DNA from: Dethiobacteria bacterium
Lineage (GTDB): Bacteria; Bacillota; Dethiobacteria; DTU022; UBA8154
Length of the DNA: 58,489 nucleotides
Direction of reading: 5' to 3'
Assembly: GCA_050942615.1 (NCBI GenBank)
Contig: JBMNNQ010000003.1
Coordinates: 1-58,489, forward strand
Below are positions 24,854-34,602 of the stretch, in pieces. A model generated the notes under the pieces. It was not told the DNA's origin. It saw only the letters and a list, made by a program, of their open reading frames with translations, and searched no databases. The stretch's first letter is position 1, and every line of letters starts with the position of its first letter. The translations under genes were made by a program, and so were the position numbers.

Positions 24854-25531
24854 TTATTCCTCTTCTGCAGCCTCTGCCTCTTCCTCTTCTGCCTTTCCTT
24901 CTTCCGCTTCGTCCACTACTTCCCCTTCCTCCAGTTCTTCTTCCTCTTCTTCCTCTTCTTCCACCTGCGGCACAATGACAGAAGCAATTGTTTCTGCAGG
25001 ATCGGCCAATATTTCCACACCTTCAGGTGTGGGCAGGTCAGAAACGGTGAGGACATCGCCAATTTCCATGCTGTCAACAGTAATTTCAATAAATTCAGGG
25101 ATATCTGTTGGCAGGCAGCTGACCAATACCTCCCGCAATTGGATCTGTAAAACGCCGCCTTCCTGAATACCGGCAGGTTCCCCAATCAGGCTGAGGGGCA
25201 CTTCCACCTCCAGCTTATCTTCCATAGAAATGCGAATCAAATCTGCATGCAGGTAAAAATCCCATTGCAAAGGGTGTATCTGCAGCTCCTTAACCATCAC
25301 CGTTTCTACGGAGGTTCCATCATCACCTTTAATTTCCAAATCGAGCAGGACGTTGGTTCCTGCGGCTGTACCCAAAGCCCTTTTCAGGTCTGTACTGTCC
25401 AAGACAATGGTACGTGGCTCAATACCGCGGCCATAAACCACCGCCGGCAATAAGCCTTTGTTTCTCATTCTTTTTTTACTGCCTTTATTGCCTCTTTCTC
25501 TTGGAACAGCCTCCAGTTTGATGTTTTCCAT
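24854..25531 (-). CDS. ctc: 50S ribosomal protein L25 / general stress protein Ctc, with an acidic C-terminal tail
   Basis: ATG at 25531 follows GAGGA (the ORF is open to a TTG at 25540). Motifs: RERGNKGSKKRMRNKGLLPAVVYGRG, the Ctc beta-barrel body, and a poly-Glu tail. Confidence 0.9.
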   Translation of the reverse strand: MENIKLEAVPRERGNKGSKKRMRNKGLLPAVVYGRGIEPRTIVLDSTDLKRALGTAAGTNVLLDLEIKGDDGTSVETVMVKELQIHPLQWDFYLHADLIRISMEDKLEVEVPLSLIGEPAGIQEGGVLQIQLREVLVSCLPTDIPEFIEITVDSMEIGDVLTVSDLPTPEGVEILADPAETIASVIVPQVEEEEEEEEELEEGEVVDEAEEGKAEEEEAEAAEEE

Positions 25532-25574
25532 AATCCTCAACCCGGCCCCTGGACCGGGAAACCCCCTTTTATAT

Positions 25575-26546
25575 TTAATTAAATAGTTTACTTACTGAAA
25601 GTTCTTCATGAATACTTTTAATGGCCTCCCCGAGCAGGTCTGCTACAGATAGCACTGTAATTTTATCCAGCTTCAGATCGCCATTTAATGGAACCGTGTT
25701 TGTTACCACCACTTCTTTCAAAGGCGAATCCAGAATGCGCTGCTTGGCCGGACCAGAGAGAACGGCATGGGTGCAGCAGGCATAAACCGCCCGTGCGCCT
25801 CTTGCCAAAAGCTCCACGGCACCCAGCGTGATGGTCCCTGCTGTATCGATCAGGTCGTCGATTAAAATTGCTTCTTTACCGCGTACGTCCCCGATGACAT
25901 TCATAATTTCAGCCACATTGGGTTCGGGGCGTCTTTTATCAATAATTGCCAGCGGCATCTGCAGGCGGTCCCCCAGCTCACGAGCCCGTGTCACTCCTCC
26001 TAAGTCAGGAGAAACCACCACACCATTGCTGATCTTTTTTTCCAGATAATACTTGGCCAAAATGGGAATCCCCAAAAGATGATCCATGGGTATGTTAAAA
26101 AAACCCTGAATCTGTCCGGCATGCAGATCCATGACGATAATCCGATCTGCTCCCGCCGTTGTCAATAAGTCAGCTACCAGCTTGGCCGTAATCGGATCCC
26201 GGGCCCGCATCTTGCGATCCTGGCGTGCATAACCATAATAAGGGATAACCGCGTTGATTCTGCCCGCTGAAGCTCTTTTCAATGCGTCGATGTAGATCAA
26301 AAGCTCCACCAGGTTATCGTTAACCGGATGACAGAGGGGCTGGATGATAAAAACATCGCTGCCCCGGACACTTTCCCCGATATAAACAGAAAATTCACCA
26401 TCGCTGAACTGCTTAACCTCACTTAAACCCAGAGGAACATCCAAATACCCGGTAACTTCCTTCGCTAAGGGTATATTTGCCGAACCGGCAAATATTTTGA
26501 GCTCCCGCCCGTTTCGCAATGTTTTTCCCCCCAAAAATTTATCCAC
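25575..26546 (-). CDS. prs: Ribose-phosphate pyrophosphokinase
   Basis: 323-aa maximal ORF. Motifs: [49 protein letters not shown]. An alternative TTG start at 26519 has a better SD (GGGGGGA). Confidence 0.95.
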   Translation of the reverse strand: MDKFLGGKTLRNGRELKIFAGSANIPLAKEVTGYLDVPLGLSEVKQFSDGEFSVYIGESVRGSDVFIIQPLCHPVNDNLVELLIYIDALKRASAGRINAVIPYYGYARQDRKMRARDPITAKLVADLLTTAGADRIIVMDLHAGQIQGFFNIPMDHLLGIPILAKYYLEKKISNGVVVSPDLGGVTRARELGDRLQMPLAIIDKRRPEPNVAEIMNVIGDVRGKEAILIDDLIDTAGTITLGAVELLARGARAVYACCTHAVLSGPAKQRILDSPLKEVVVTNTVPLNGDLKLDKITVLSVADLLGEAIKSIHEELSVSKLFN

Positions 26547-26586
26547 CCGGAAAATAGACAGCCGCCGCCAGGTTTACCTTTACCTT

Positions 26587-27954
26587 CTATTTTTTCTTTA
26601 AAAATTTTTTAGCCAAACCTTCTTTGAGCTTCGCCTGCGAGCGGGCAATAACCAACGCCTCCGGAGGCACATCCCGGGTTATGGTGGAACCGGCAGCAAT
26701 AAAAGCACCCCGGCCGATTTTTAAAGGCGCTACCAGGTTGCTGTTACAGCCGACAAAAGCGCCGTCCTCAATCTGCGTAAGGTGCTTGCGGCGGCCGTCA
26801 TAATTCACAATAATGCTGCCGGCGCCCATATTAACATCAGCCCCCATCTGCGTATCGCCGATATAGCTTAAATGGGGCACCTTGCTGCCCCTGCCGATCG
26901 TGCTGTTTTTTACTTCGACAAAATTCCCGATTCTGGTCACAGCTCCAATATTGCTGCCGGGGCGGATATGCACATAGGGCCCGATATTGGCCCCTGCCCC
27001 TAAAGTACTATCGGTAACCAGACCCTGCCGGCAGGTAACGTCATTTTCCACAATGGTATTGATTAAATGCAAACCGGGGCCCAGCGTGCAGTTTTCCCCC
27101 ACTACGGTTTTGCCTTCAAAGATACAGTGGGGATAAAGCAGTGTATCCCTGCCGACGGTCACATTAACGTCCAGATATGTTGAAACCGGGTCTAACATGG
27201 TAACCCCGGCACGCATCAGGCGCAGGTTAATTTTTTCCCGCATCAGGGCCGCAGCATCAGCCAGCTGGGCACGGTCGTTGATACCCAGCGCCGAATGAGC
27301 ATCAACCGTTAAAAAAGCGCCGACTTTGTAACCCGCCCCGATCAGGAGGGGCAGCAAAGCGGTCAAATAGTATTCGCCTGTCACTTTATTTTGCGGCAGC
27401 CGGGGCAGCAGATCGTGGAGGGCATGCGCAGCAAAACAATAGCAGCCCGTGTTAATTTCGTTAATCTTTTCCTGTCCGGCATCCAGGTGCCGGTCTTCCA
27501 CAATTTCCCGCACCTGTCCTCGTTCATCCCTGATCACCCGTCCATAACCCTGCGGGTTGTTCAGCGCGGCGGTCAAGACAGTTGCTGCCGCCCCCTGCCG
27601 GCGATGGTCAGCCAACAGAGAACCCAGCACCTCGCTGTCCAACAGGGGGGTGTCCCCGCAAAGCACTAAAACTTCGCCTCCGGCCGGTAACTGTGGCAAA
27701 ACCTGCTGCAGGGCATGTCCTGTCCCTAACCGCTGCACCTGTTCCACATAAGAATAACCGCTGCCAAAGTAATCCCTAATCTGCACTGCTCCCCGGCCAA
27801 TCACCAAAACCTGTTTTTTAGTCAACACCCTGGCAGCCTCCAAAACATGCCAGAGCAGGGGGCGGCCGCAAAGCGGGTGCATCACCTTTGGCCCGGCAGA
27901 TTGCATCCGCGTCCCTTCACCTGCCGCCAGAATGACAGCCCACGGCTGTTCCAT
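26587..27954 (-). CDS. glmU: Bifunctional UDP-N-acetylglucosamine pyrophosphorylase / glucosamine-1-phosphate N-acetyltransferase
   Basis: 455-aa ORF. N-terminal AVILAAGEGTRM...GPKVMHPLCGRPLL. C-terminal left-handed beta-helix hexapeptide repeats (IGNFVEVKNSTIGRGSKVPHLSYIGD). Confidence 0.95.
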   Translation of the reverse strand: MEQPWAVILAAGEGTRMQSAGPKVMHPLCGRPLLWHVLEAARVLTKKQVLVIGRGAVQIRDYFGSGYSYVEQVQRLGTGHALQQVLPQLPAGGEVLVLCGDTPLLDSEVLGSLLADHRRQGAAATVLTAALNNPQGYGRVIRDERGQVREIVEDRHLDAGQEKINEINTGCYCFAAHALHDLLPRLPQNKVTGEYYLTALLPLLIGAGYKVGAFLTVDAHSALGINDRAQLADAAALMREKINLRLMRAGVTMLDPVSTYLDVNVTVGRDTLLYPHCIFEGKTVVGENCTLGPGLHLINTIVENDVTCRQGLVTDSTLGAGANIGPYVHIRPGSNIGAVTRIGNFVEVKNSTIGRGSKVPHLSYIGDTQMGADVNMGAGSIIVNYDGRRKHLTQIEDGAFVGCNSNLVAPLKIGRGAFIAAGSTITRDVPPEALVIARSQAKLKEGLAKKFLKKK

Positions 27955-28034
27955 TTAAAACCCTCTCCCTTACCTTTACCTTGTCCCCTTCCCGGCGATC
28001 AACCTGTTTGATCGTCAACAGGGACCCGCGTTAT

Positions 28035-28796
28035 TCATGGGGCCTGTTCACTTTCCAAAATCCGGCGCACTAACATCAAATCATCATCTTTATCCACGTC
28101 AAAACTTATCTCTGCATGGCGGCTGATGATCGCCCGTGCACTGATCCCAAAAAGCTCAGAAAAACGGGCCTCTAAACTGGGTATGGAAACCTTTTTTGCC
28201 AGGGCACGCAACACAAAACCCGTCCCCAGTAAAGAAACCATTTTCAAGGGGTTCTTACGATTTTCCATAAATTTATGCAACAAAGGCACCGCCGGTTCTA
28301 TTTTTACCGGGTTTACCAAAAAGATGTTACCCCCGGTAAAGGGGCCCTCCTGTAAAGAAACATAAGTGCGCCGCACACCGGGGAATGTTTTTTCACAGTC
28401 ATCCCTGCTAACAATGGGATAATAAAAATCATGCCTGTAAGGGGCGCACTGGCGCAAAAAATCTTCCACTGCTGCAGGGCTCACCAAGGGGATATCAGCT
28501 GTGCTAATCAGCACGGGATTATCCGTTTGTAAAAAACGGATAGCAGTTAACAGATTATCAAGTATAGAACCGCTTTCGGGAACCACCTTGAGGGAATATT
28601 CATCCTGTAGAAAAATAAGTGCCTCTTCAGGACCCACCAATACTATTCTCTTTATTTCCTGCACCCGGCGGTATGTCTGCAAAACGTAACATACCATAGC
28701 CTGCCGCCCTATTTTCAGGAGGGCCTTGTTATAAGGCTTCTCCTGTCCAGCTAATCCTTCATCCGGGCCGCCGGCCAGGACAATACAGTCGATCAC
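28035..28796 (-). CDS. MobA-like NTP-transferase family nucleotidyltransferase
   Basis: 253-aa ORF. The N-terminal IVLAGGPDEGLAG...KALLKIGRQAMV matches the GT-A nucleotidyltransferase P-loop-like signature. The substrate is unknown. Confidence 0.5.
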   Translation of the reverse strand: MIDCIVLAGGPDEGLAGQEKPYNKALLKIGRQAMVCYVLQTYRRVQEIKRIVLVGPEEALIFLQDEYSLKVVPESGSILDNLLTAIRFLQTDNPVLISTADIPLVSPAAVEDFLRQCAPYRHDFYYPIVSRDDCEKTFPGVRRTYVSLQEGPFTGGNIFLVNPVKIEPAVPLLHKFMENRKNPLKMVSLLGTGFVLRALAKKVSIPSLEARFSELFGISARAIISRHAEISFDVDKDDDLMLVRRILESEQAP

Positions 28797-28819
28797 AAAG
28801 CATCGCCGTTCCTTTTATT

Positions 28820-29776
28820 TTAAATTGTTTCGGTCAAAACAACGCTGCACCCCTGTGCCGCAAGCCCTGCCGCAACCTGCTGCAGCCGGTCTTCATCCTT
28901 TGTCAAGGCAAAAACTGTGGGCCCGCTACCGGAAAGCAGAGCCGGCAGTTCTAAGTGCAGCAACTTTTCTTTTAAAGCAGCAACTTCTTTTTGCAGTGGG
29001 AAAACTGACAGCTCCAGGTGGTTGCAAAGCAACATTTTTATTGCTGCACAGTCTTGTAAATTTTCCCGAAGAAGCTGTACCATCTGTGCCGTCCTGTTCT
29101 CCTTCGGTATTTTATCCAAATTCAGGTAACTATAAACCTGCGCAGCGGAAAGCGCCAGTCCCCCGGGGGAAACTAAAAGCACTTTGGTGTGCGGCAAAGG
29201 CGGCAAGGCCTGCACCAGTTCACCCCGCCCGGTAGCCAGCGCTGTACCCCCCTCAAGAAAAAAAGGCACATCAGAACCCAAGATGGCCCCCATTTCCTGT
29301 AAAATTTCTTTTTTCAGGGACAACCCCCAAAGTTTATTCAGCCCTGAAAGCACCGCCGCCGCATCGCTGCTGCCCCCGCCGAGGCCGGCTGCGACCGGAA
29401 TTCTTTTTATTAATTTTATCCGGACCCCTTTTTGCGGGGCGTAACGCTGTTGCAGCAAAAGGGCTGCCTCATAGGCCAGGTTACCCTCCCCCTGGGGAAG
29501 CAGCCCGGCGGGCCCCGGCACAAAACCACTTTCTAATGCCGGCTGTTTATGGTCCATTCCGCCACCAGTGCAACCCTGGTCTGCCGACCATGGTGCAGAA
29601 TCGCCGGTGCAGCACAGTTCAATTTTACTGCCCGGCAGGACCTCCAGGTAAAGGGTATCACAAAGTTTAAGCTCTTGCAAAATAGTTCTAATCTGATGAA
29701 AACCATCCTCCCGGCGGTAAAGAACTTCCAGGGTCAGATTTATTTTTGCAGGAGCCTCTACCCTTAAACATTCCAT
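28820..29776 (-). CDS. ispE: 4-diphosphocytidyl-2-C-methyl-D-erythritol kinase, with an internal insertion of about 30 aa
   Basis: 318-aa ORF. Motifs: EAPAKINLTLEV..RREDGFH, IPVAAGLGGGSSDAAAVLSGLNKLW, GSGPTVFAL. An extra segment WSADQGCTGGGMDHKQPALESGFVPGPAGLLPQ precedes the NLAYEAA motif. Confidence 0.9.
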   Translation of the reverse strand: MECLRVEAPAKINLTLEVLYRREDGFHQIRTILQELKLCDTLYLEVLPGSKIELCCTGDSAPWSADQGCTGGGMDHKQPALESGFVPGPAGLLPQGEGNLAYEAALLLQQRYAPQKGVRIKLIKRIPVAAGLGGGSSDAAAVLSGLNKLWGLSLKKEILQEMGAILGSDVPFFLEGGTALATGRGELVQALPPLPHTKVLLVSPGGLALSAAQVYSYLNLDKIPKENRTAQMVQLLRENLQDCAAIKMLLCNHLELSVFPLQKEVAALKEKLLHLELPALLSGSGPTVFALTKDEDRLQQVAAGLAAQGCSVVLTETI

Positions 29777-29777
29777 T

Positions 29778-30812
29778 TTAAAGATAGCTGATCAACCGTG
29801 TATTTTGGGTCAGGCCCGGTATCCGCCCGCGTTTGGCCAAGGGAACACCATCAATTTCCTTAATATCCATGGTCATATCAATAGCCCGTGCCCCGGCAAT
29901 ATAGCTGCCTACGCCGAAAGCATCGGCCCCGGCCTCTACCAGCTGCGGGATGCGTTCCAGGTTGATGCCCCCGGAAACAAAAATCTGCACAAAGTTATAG
30001 CCGGCCTGATCCAGGCGGGCGCGCACTTCGGCAACAAGCCCGGGTGTAACACCGCCTCTTTCGCCAGGCGTATCCAGCCTGACAGCAAGCAGGCGATCAC
30101 CCAGGGCAGCAGCCACCCTTAAGGTTTCCTCGGCCTCATCCTTAAAAGTATCCACCAAAATAATCCGGGGGGAATCAGGAGGCATGGTCCGATCATAGAG
30201 CAGGGCTGTTTCCACCGTATCCCCGACGATCAAGACCGCAGCATGGGGAACTGTGCCCGTAGGCTCCCTTCCCAACAACTTGGCCCCTAAAATACAGCTG
30301 CAGCTCTGTGCCCCTCCTACCACGGCAGCCCTTTCCATTACCGGTGCCACAGCGGGATGAACATGGCGGGCGCCAAAAGCAAAAATCGGCTTGTCACCGG
30401 CGGCATCGCGGCAGGCCCGGGCTGCCGTAGCCCACCCGCTGGCACTGGCCAGCATGCCTAACAGAGCCGTTTCATACATGCCAAATTCATCATAGGGCCC
30501 GCTAATCCGCATGACCACTTCTTTTTCCCCGACGTCCTCGCCTTCCGGGATGGCCCAAAGAGAAATCTTCTTATCTTTTAAAAGGTTAAAAGCTTCTTCT
30601 ATCCCTGCCAAGACCCCGGCCCTGCTACAAAAAAATTCCGCCACCACAGGAGTTTTTTCTTTGCCGGCATAAGTAAGCAGTTCCCTGGTCCGTACAAAAT
30701 AAATATCAGCAGTGGCCCCCTTGACAATTTCTTCGTGGGATGCACTGTGGAAGATCCGTCCTTCTTTTATCCGGAATTCCCGTACATCGTTAACACCTCT
30801 TAATTCTTTCAA
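29778..30812 (-). CDS. Nicotinate phosphoribosyltransferase family protein (short, archaeal-like type)
   Basis: 344-aa ORF with a TTG start. It has the type II PRTase barrel pattern (ARHVHPAV, GTVPHAAVLI, VDTFKDE, VRLDTPGERGG, IFVSGGIN). Confidence 0.6.
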   Translation of the reverse strand: MKELRGVNDVREFRIKEGRIFHSASHEEIVKGATADIYFVRTRELLTYAGKEKTPVVAEFFCSRAGVLAGIEEAFNLLKDKKISLWAIPEGEDVGEKEVVMRISGPYDEFGMYETALLGMLASASGWATAARACRDAAGDKPIFAFGARHVHPAVAPVMERAAVVGGAQSCSCILGAKLLGREPTGTVPHAAVLIVGDTVETALLYDRTMPPDSPRIILVDTFKDEAEETLRVAAALGDRLLAVRLDTPGERGGVTPGLVAEVRARLDQAGYNFVQIFVSGGINLERIPQLVEAGADAFGVGSYIAGARAIDMTMDIKEIDGVPLAKRGRIPGLTQNTRLISYL

Positions 30813-31055
30813 AAATGTCCCCCCCGACAGGTTGGTTTGGGCTGTCTAAAGCGCCTGTCCATGATGATCATAATCCCCGGTTTTATTCTCCATTTCCCAA
30901 GTAAAATCCTTTAATTTCTTCCTTTGTTCAACAGTTATAATCATTTTAATATCTGTAAAAACCTGCGCGGGCATTTTTAAAAGAAATTTCCAGCCGGAAA
31001 ATAAAGCAAACAGGGCTTCAAAGCCAAAAAGCAGATCCGGGGGGAAAAATATGTA

Positions 31056-31082
31056 AGGGTATACCGTTAAACGGTATACCCT
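31056..31082 (-). terminator. Terminator hairpin downstream of the SASP gene
   Basis: agggtataccg (31056-31066) / cggtataccct (31072-31082) form an 11-bp perfect stem. The minus strand continues with TACATATTTTTCC. Confidence 0.55.
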
Positions 31083-31093
31083 GCCACCCCACT

Positions 31094-31291
31094 TTAGTGC
31101 CGGGTGTTATCCGGGGAATCAGTATCAGAAACGGTTTTTTCCGCTCTTTCAATAGCCTTTCTGACCAGGTTGCCACAGTTACGCGAGGTAACCTCCCCAA
31201 ATCCTTCCCTACGGGCGATTTCACCAACACCGAGCTCATCAGCCAGTTCGAATTTAAGGGCATCAGACATAACCCGCCTTCTTCTTGCCAT
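31094..31291 (-). CDS. Alpha/beta-type small acid-soluble spore protein
   Basis: 65-aa ORF behind AAGGAG. LKFELADELGVGE......GEVTSRNCGNLVRKAIERAE matches the two conserved SASP blocks. Confidence 0.8.
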   Translation of the reverse strand: MARRRRVMSDALKFELADELGVGEIARREGFGEVTSRNCGNLVRKAIERAEKTVSDTDSPDNTRH

Positions 31292-31415
31292 TAAATTCTC
31301 AACTCCTTTTTTTAGTGCGGCAGCCTTAATAGCTTATACCAACCAAACAAAAATATAGCTGTCAATTATTTGATTTCGCCCTTATTGAAGTTGCAATAAC
31401 GGCCGCTCATATTTT

Positions 31416-32444
31416 TTAAAGCAGGCCCTGCAGATATTTTTCAAACTCCGGCACAAAGTCCTCCGGGCGTGTTAAAAAGTCAAAATGGGCCGGATTGGCC
31501 ACAAAAGCGCTGTACTGGGGAACGTTCTTTAACAAAGAAAATTGTGGGACATCCTGCGGCACTGCCCGGGCCGGCAGCGGCAGGACGGCATAATGCGGAT
31601 TGGCCGCAAAAAAGGGACTCTCAACAGTTCCTTCGCTGTTCGCGCGGCCGGCTTCACTGCCACGACGTTCAACATCGCCGCCACCTGTGCCGGTTTGGAG
31701 ATCGGCATGGCCGGCAGCAGGGGATTCCGGCACAGGCCCTGCAGCACCGGAAAAATTGACGCCGGCACCCGGGCGGTCAACCCCGGCAATCTCCTTGTAA
31801 TCCCCGCGGCCGGAGGCAGCAGCAGCTGAAACCAGCCCAAAGTAGCCCCCGCCCCCCATTTCCACTAAGGGTTCATAAACTGACTGAAAGGCAGACGCCA
31901 CCAGGTTGCTCATCACTAAAAAATCTGTCCCGGGGTTAATCGTGATATGGCCGAAATCAGGCGGGATCAGCACCTTGTCCCCGGGCCCGGCGTCTACCAC
32001 AATCACCTGGGCCAGCCCTTGGCGGGGGTCTTGCAAGTCATGTGGTTTCTGCATTAGATAGCAGGCCCGTCCGTGGAGCACTTCATAGACCTCAGGATAA
32101 GTACAGCTTGCCCCCGGTTTGAGGGGATGATAATGGCCGGCTGTTTTTATATATTCCAAACCGATACGGCCCGGTTCCAAAACGGTAACATCGTAGCGTA
32201 TCCCTTTTTCCTGGAAAAGCTCCCGGTGTTCAGAAAGGTTGAGAGCACGGTACATATAATAGAGGGCGCGTTCGTCCTCTGCCCGATCCGGCTCCCCGGC
32301 CGGGTAAAGCACGGCCCGCATCTCCCCCAACCGGCGCACTGCCGGCGCCAACACTTTTTTTTCAGGGCCGTAAAGCAGTTCCCTGGGCCCTGCCTCCCAC
32401 CACAGCGGCAAACCGCTCAGTACTAGTTCTCTAGTCATAAACAA
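31416..32444 (-). CDS. Cupin-type glucose-6-phosphate isomerase with a low-complexity insertion of about 70 aa
   Basis: 342-aa ORF. YIKTAGHYHP...YPEVYEVLHGRACYLMQ...GDKVLIPPDFGHITINPG matches the archaeal cupin PGI motif (TxGHxH...EVY...G). Residues about 206-276 are Gly/Ala/Pro-rich. Confidence 0.7.
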   Translation of the reverse strand: MFMTRELVLSGLPLWWEAGPRELLYGPEKKVLAPAVRRLGEMRAVLYPAGEPDRAEDERALYYMYRALNLSEHRELFQEKGIRYDVTVLEPGRIGLEYIKTAGHYHPLKPGASCTYPEVYEVLHGRACYLMQKPHDLQDPRQGLAQVIVVDAGPGDKVLIPPDFGHITINPGTDFLVMSNLVASAFQSVYEPLVEMGGGGYFGLVSAAAASGRGDYKEIAGVDRPGAGVNFSGAAGPVPESPAAGHADLQTGTGGGDVERRGSEAGRANSEGTVESPFFAANPHYAVLPLPARAVPQDVPQFSLLKNVPQYSAFVANPAHFDFLTRPEDFVPEFEKYLQGLL

Positions 32445-32541
32445 GATCCGGTTCTTTTTCCGGATCAGCCTCCTCCCTGCAAGTTCATTTCTACCCCTAT
32501 ACTTAAGTTATGCCTGTAACCAAACATCCATAACATATTTC

Positions 32542-33594
32542 TCACCCTTCCCGCCTGCTTCCTGCCCCGAGCGCTTCTCTTTCTTCCCTTTCCCGCTTTT
32601 TAATATAAAAAGCCAGGTCTGCTATCCGGCTGCAGTAGCTCCATTCATTGTCATACCAGGAAACCACCCGGACCATGTTCCCGCCAACAACCATGGTACT
32701 CAGGCCGTCAACAACGCTGGAATAGGGACTGCGCCGGTAATCTACGGAAACCAGCGGTTCTTCGCTGTAAGCCAAGATACCGGGCATCTCTGCCGCTCCC
32801 CGCTGCAAGGCGGCATTAACCGCCCCGGCGGTAACATCTCTCTTTTCCAACAGGGCCACAATATCCAGGAGGGAAACAACCGGCACGGGAACGCGCACCG
32901 CAAAACCGTCCAGACGCCCCTGCAAATCGGGGATAACCTCGCCTACTGCCTGCGCAGCGCCGGTGGAAGTGGGGATCAGCGAAAGGAAAGCCGCCCGGGA
33001 ACGCCTTAAGTCGTCGTGGGGATAATCCAGCAGGCGCTGATCATTGGTATAGGCATGGGTGGTGTTAATCAGCGCCTTTTCCACACCGAAGTTGCGCTGC
33101 AGCACCTGGGCTACAGGCGCCAAGGCATTGGTTGTACAGGAAGCATTGGAAAGAATGCGATGTTTGCCCGGTTGATACTGCTCCTCATTGACCCCCATCA
33201 CCACTGTTAGATCCGGGTCTTTCATCGGTGCGCTAACGATCACCCGTTCTGCCCCCGCCTGCAGATGCCTGGCAGCGGCCTCCCGCTGCCGAAATACCCC
33301 TGTGGACTCAATGACCACCTCTACACCCAAATCCCCCCAGGGGATTCTTTCCGGTTCCTCTTCCCAAAAAGTGCGAATTTCGCTGTCGTCAACAAGAATA
33401 GAACTGTTTTTAACCCGCACCTCATAAGGCAACTTATCATAAAGGGAATCATAACGCAGCAGATGCGCCAGCGTTTTATTATCCGTAAGATCGTTGACCG
33501 CCACCACCCGCGCCCCTTTTTCCAAAAGAGCGCGGCAGGTAACCCGGCCGACCCGCCCAAAACCATTGATGCCTATTCTGACACTCATCGTCAC
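32542..33594 (-). CDS. gap: Type I glyceraldehyde-3-phosphate dehydrogenase
   Basis: 350-aa ORF. Motifs: IGINGFGRVGR, active site SNASCTTNALAP, and WYDNEWSY near the C-terminus. Confidence 0.95.
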   Translation of the reverse strand: MTMSVRIGINGFGRVGRVTCRALLEKGARVVAVNDLTDNKTLAHLLRYDSLYDKLPYEVRVKNSSILVDDSEIRTFWEEEPERIPWGDLGVEVVIESTGVFRQREAAARHLQAGAERVIVSAPMKDPDLTVVMGVNEEQYQPGKHRILSNASCTTNALAPVAQVLQRNFGVEKALINTTHAYTNDQRLLDYPHDDLRRSRAAFLSLIPTSTGAAQAVGEVIPDLQGRLDGFAVRVPVPVVSLLDIVALLEKRDVTAGAVNAALQRGAAEMPGILAYSEEPLVSVDYRRSPYSSVVDGLSTMVVGGNMVRVVSWYDNEWSYCSRIADLAFYIKKREREEREALGAGSRREG

Positions 33595-33675
33595 AAAACC
33601 TCCTTTACTTTTATAACTTACCCTGCTTTTTAAGCAGAGATTCTTGACATCTTTTAGGCCTTATAGGAGAATATA

Positions 33676-34500
33676 GTGAAAAAGGGGGTTTTCTTCATAA
33701 TGGGAACAATTCACGTTGCCGTCAGCGGGGCCTGCGGCCGGATGGGGCAAAAAGTCTGTCAGACCATCCTGCAGGAAAAAGACCTGAAGCTAAGCGCTGC
33801 CTTTGATCTACAGGAACAGGGTGAGGATTTGGGCGTTATTTTGGAAAATCGGCCCCTGGGAATCGTAATCGAAGCGCTTACAGCGGAAAATTTAAAAAAA
33901 CATGGACCGGATGTCATGGTTGACTTCACAACACCGATGGTCGTCATGCAAAATATTAAGGTAGCCCTGCAATGCGGGGTCCGCCCTGTTGTCGGCACCA
34001 CGGGCATTACCCAGGTTGACCTGGCCCGCGTCAGCCGGCAGGTAGAAGAGGCTGCCCTCGGCGCCATCATCGCCCCAAATTTTGCCCTGGGGGCCGTGCT
34101 GATGATGAAGTTTGCCGCTACAGCCGCACGTTATTTTCCCCAGGCGGAAATTATTGAACTGCACCACGACAAAAAAATTGATGCCCCTTCGGGGACGGCG
34201 CTTAAAACAGCGGAAATGATTGCCCGGGAACGGCAGGCCGAACCGGTCCATAAGGAAGAGCTCCTCAAACTGCCGGGGGCCCGGGGTGCACTGCAGGAAG
34301 AAGTTCATATCCACAGCGTACGGCTGAACGGCTTGATCGCCCACCAGGAGGTACTCTTCGGCGGCCCGGGGCAAACACTCCTGATCCGCCATGATTCTTA
34401 CGATCGCAGTTCCTTTATGCCCGGCGTAGTCTTGGCGATTAAAAATATTGTCAAATTACAGGGGCTGGTTTACGGCTTGGAAAACCTTTTAAACCTTTAG
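33676..34500 (+). CDS. dapB: 4-hydroxy-tetrahydrodipicolinate reductase
   Basis: 274-aa ORF with a GTG start behind AGGAGA (an alternative ATG lies at 33700). Motifs: VAVSGACGRMG, VVGTTG, ELHHDKKIDAPSGTA. Confidence 0.9.
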   Translation: MKKGVFFIMGTIHVAVSGACGRMGQKVCQTILQEKDLKLSAAFDLQEQGEDLGVILENRPLGIVIEALTAENLKKHGPDVMVDFTTPMVVMQNIKVALQCGVRPVVGTTGITQVDLARVSRQVEEAALGAIIAPNFALGAVLMMKFAATAARYFPQAEIIELHHDKKIDAPSGTALKTAEMIARERQAEPVHKEELLKLPGARGALQEEVHIHSVRLNGLIAHQEVLFGGPGQTLLIRHDSYDRSSFMPGVVLAIKNIVKLQGLVYGLENLLNL

Positions 34501-34602
34501 CACAATTGCCGGCGGCGGTAATCATCATTTACCAACAAGCACCATCCAGGGGTAAAAAGCATATACATATAAAGTAACTGCCACTGGAGGTGTGCTGCAA
34601 AA

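Noticed and set aside
24857-24975. Purine/pyrimidine-biased repetitive DNA at the 3' end of ctc
   Set aside because: It simply encodes the poly-Glu acidic tail of L25/Ctc in frame and is not an independent repeat element.
31311-31339. Sigma-G-like promoter (GTATA-17-CACTAAA) upstream of the SASP gene
   Set aside because: The -10 matches only 5 of 7 positions. The implied start site would fall inside the AAGGAG ribosome-binding site, so the geometry does not work.
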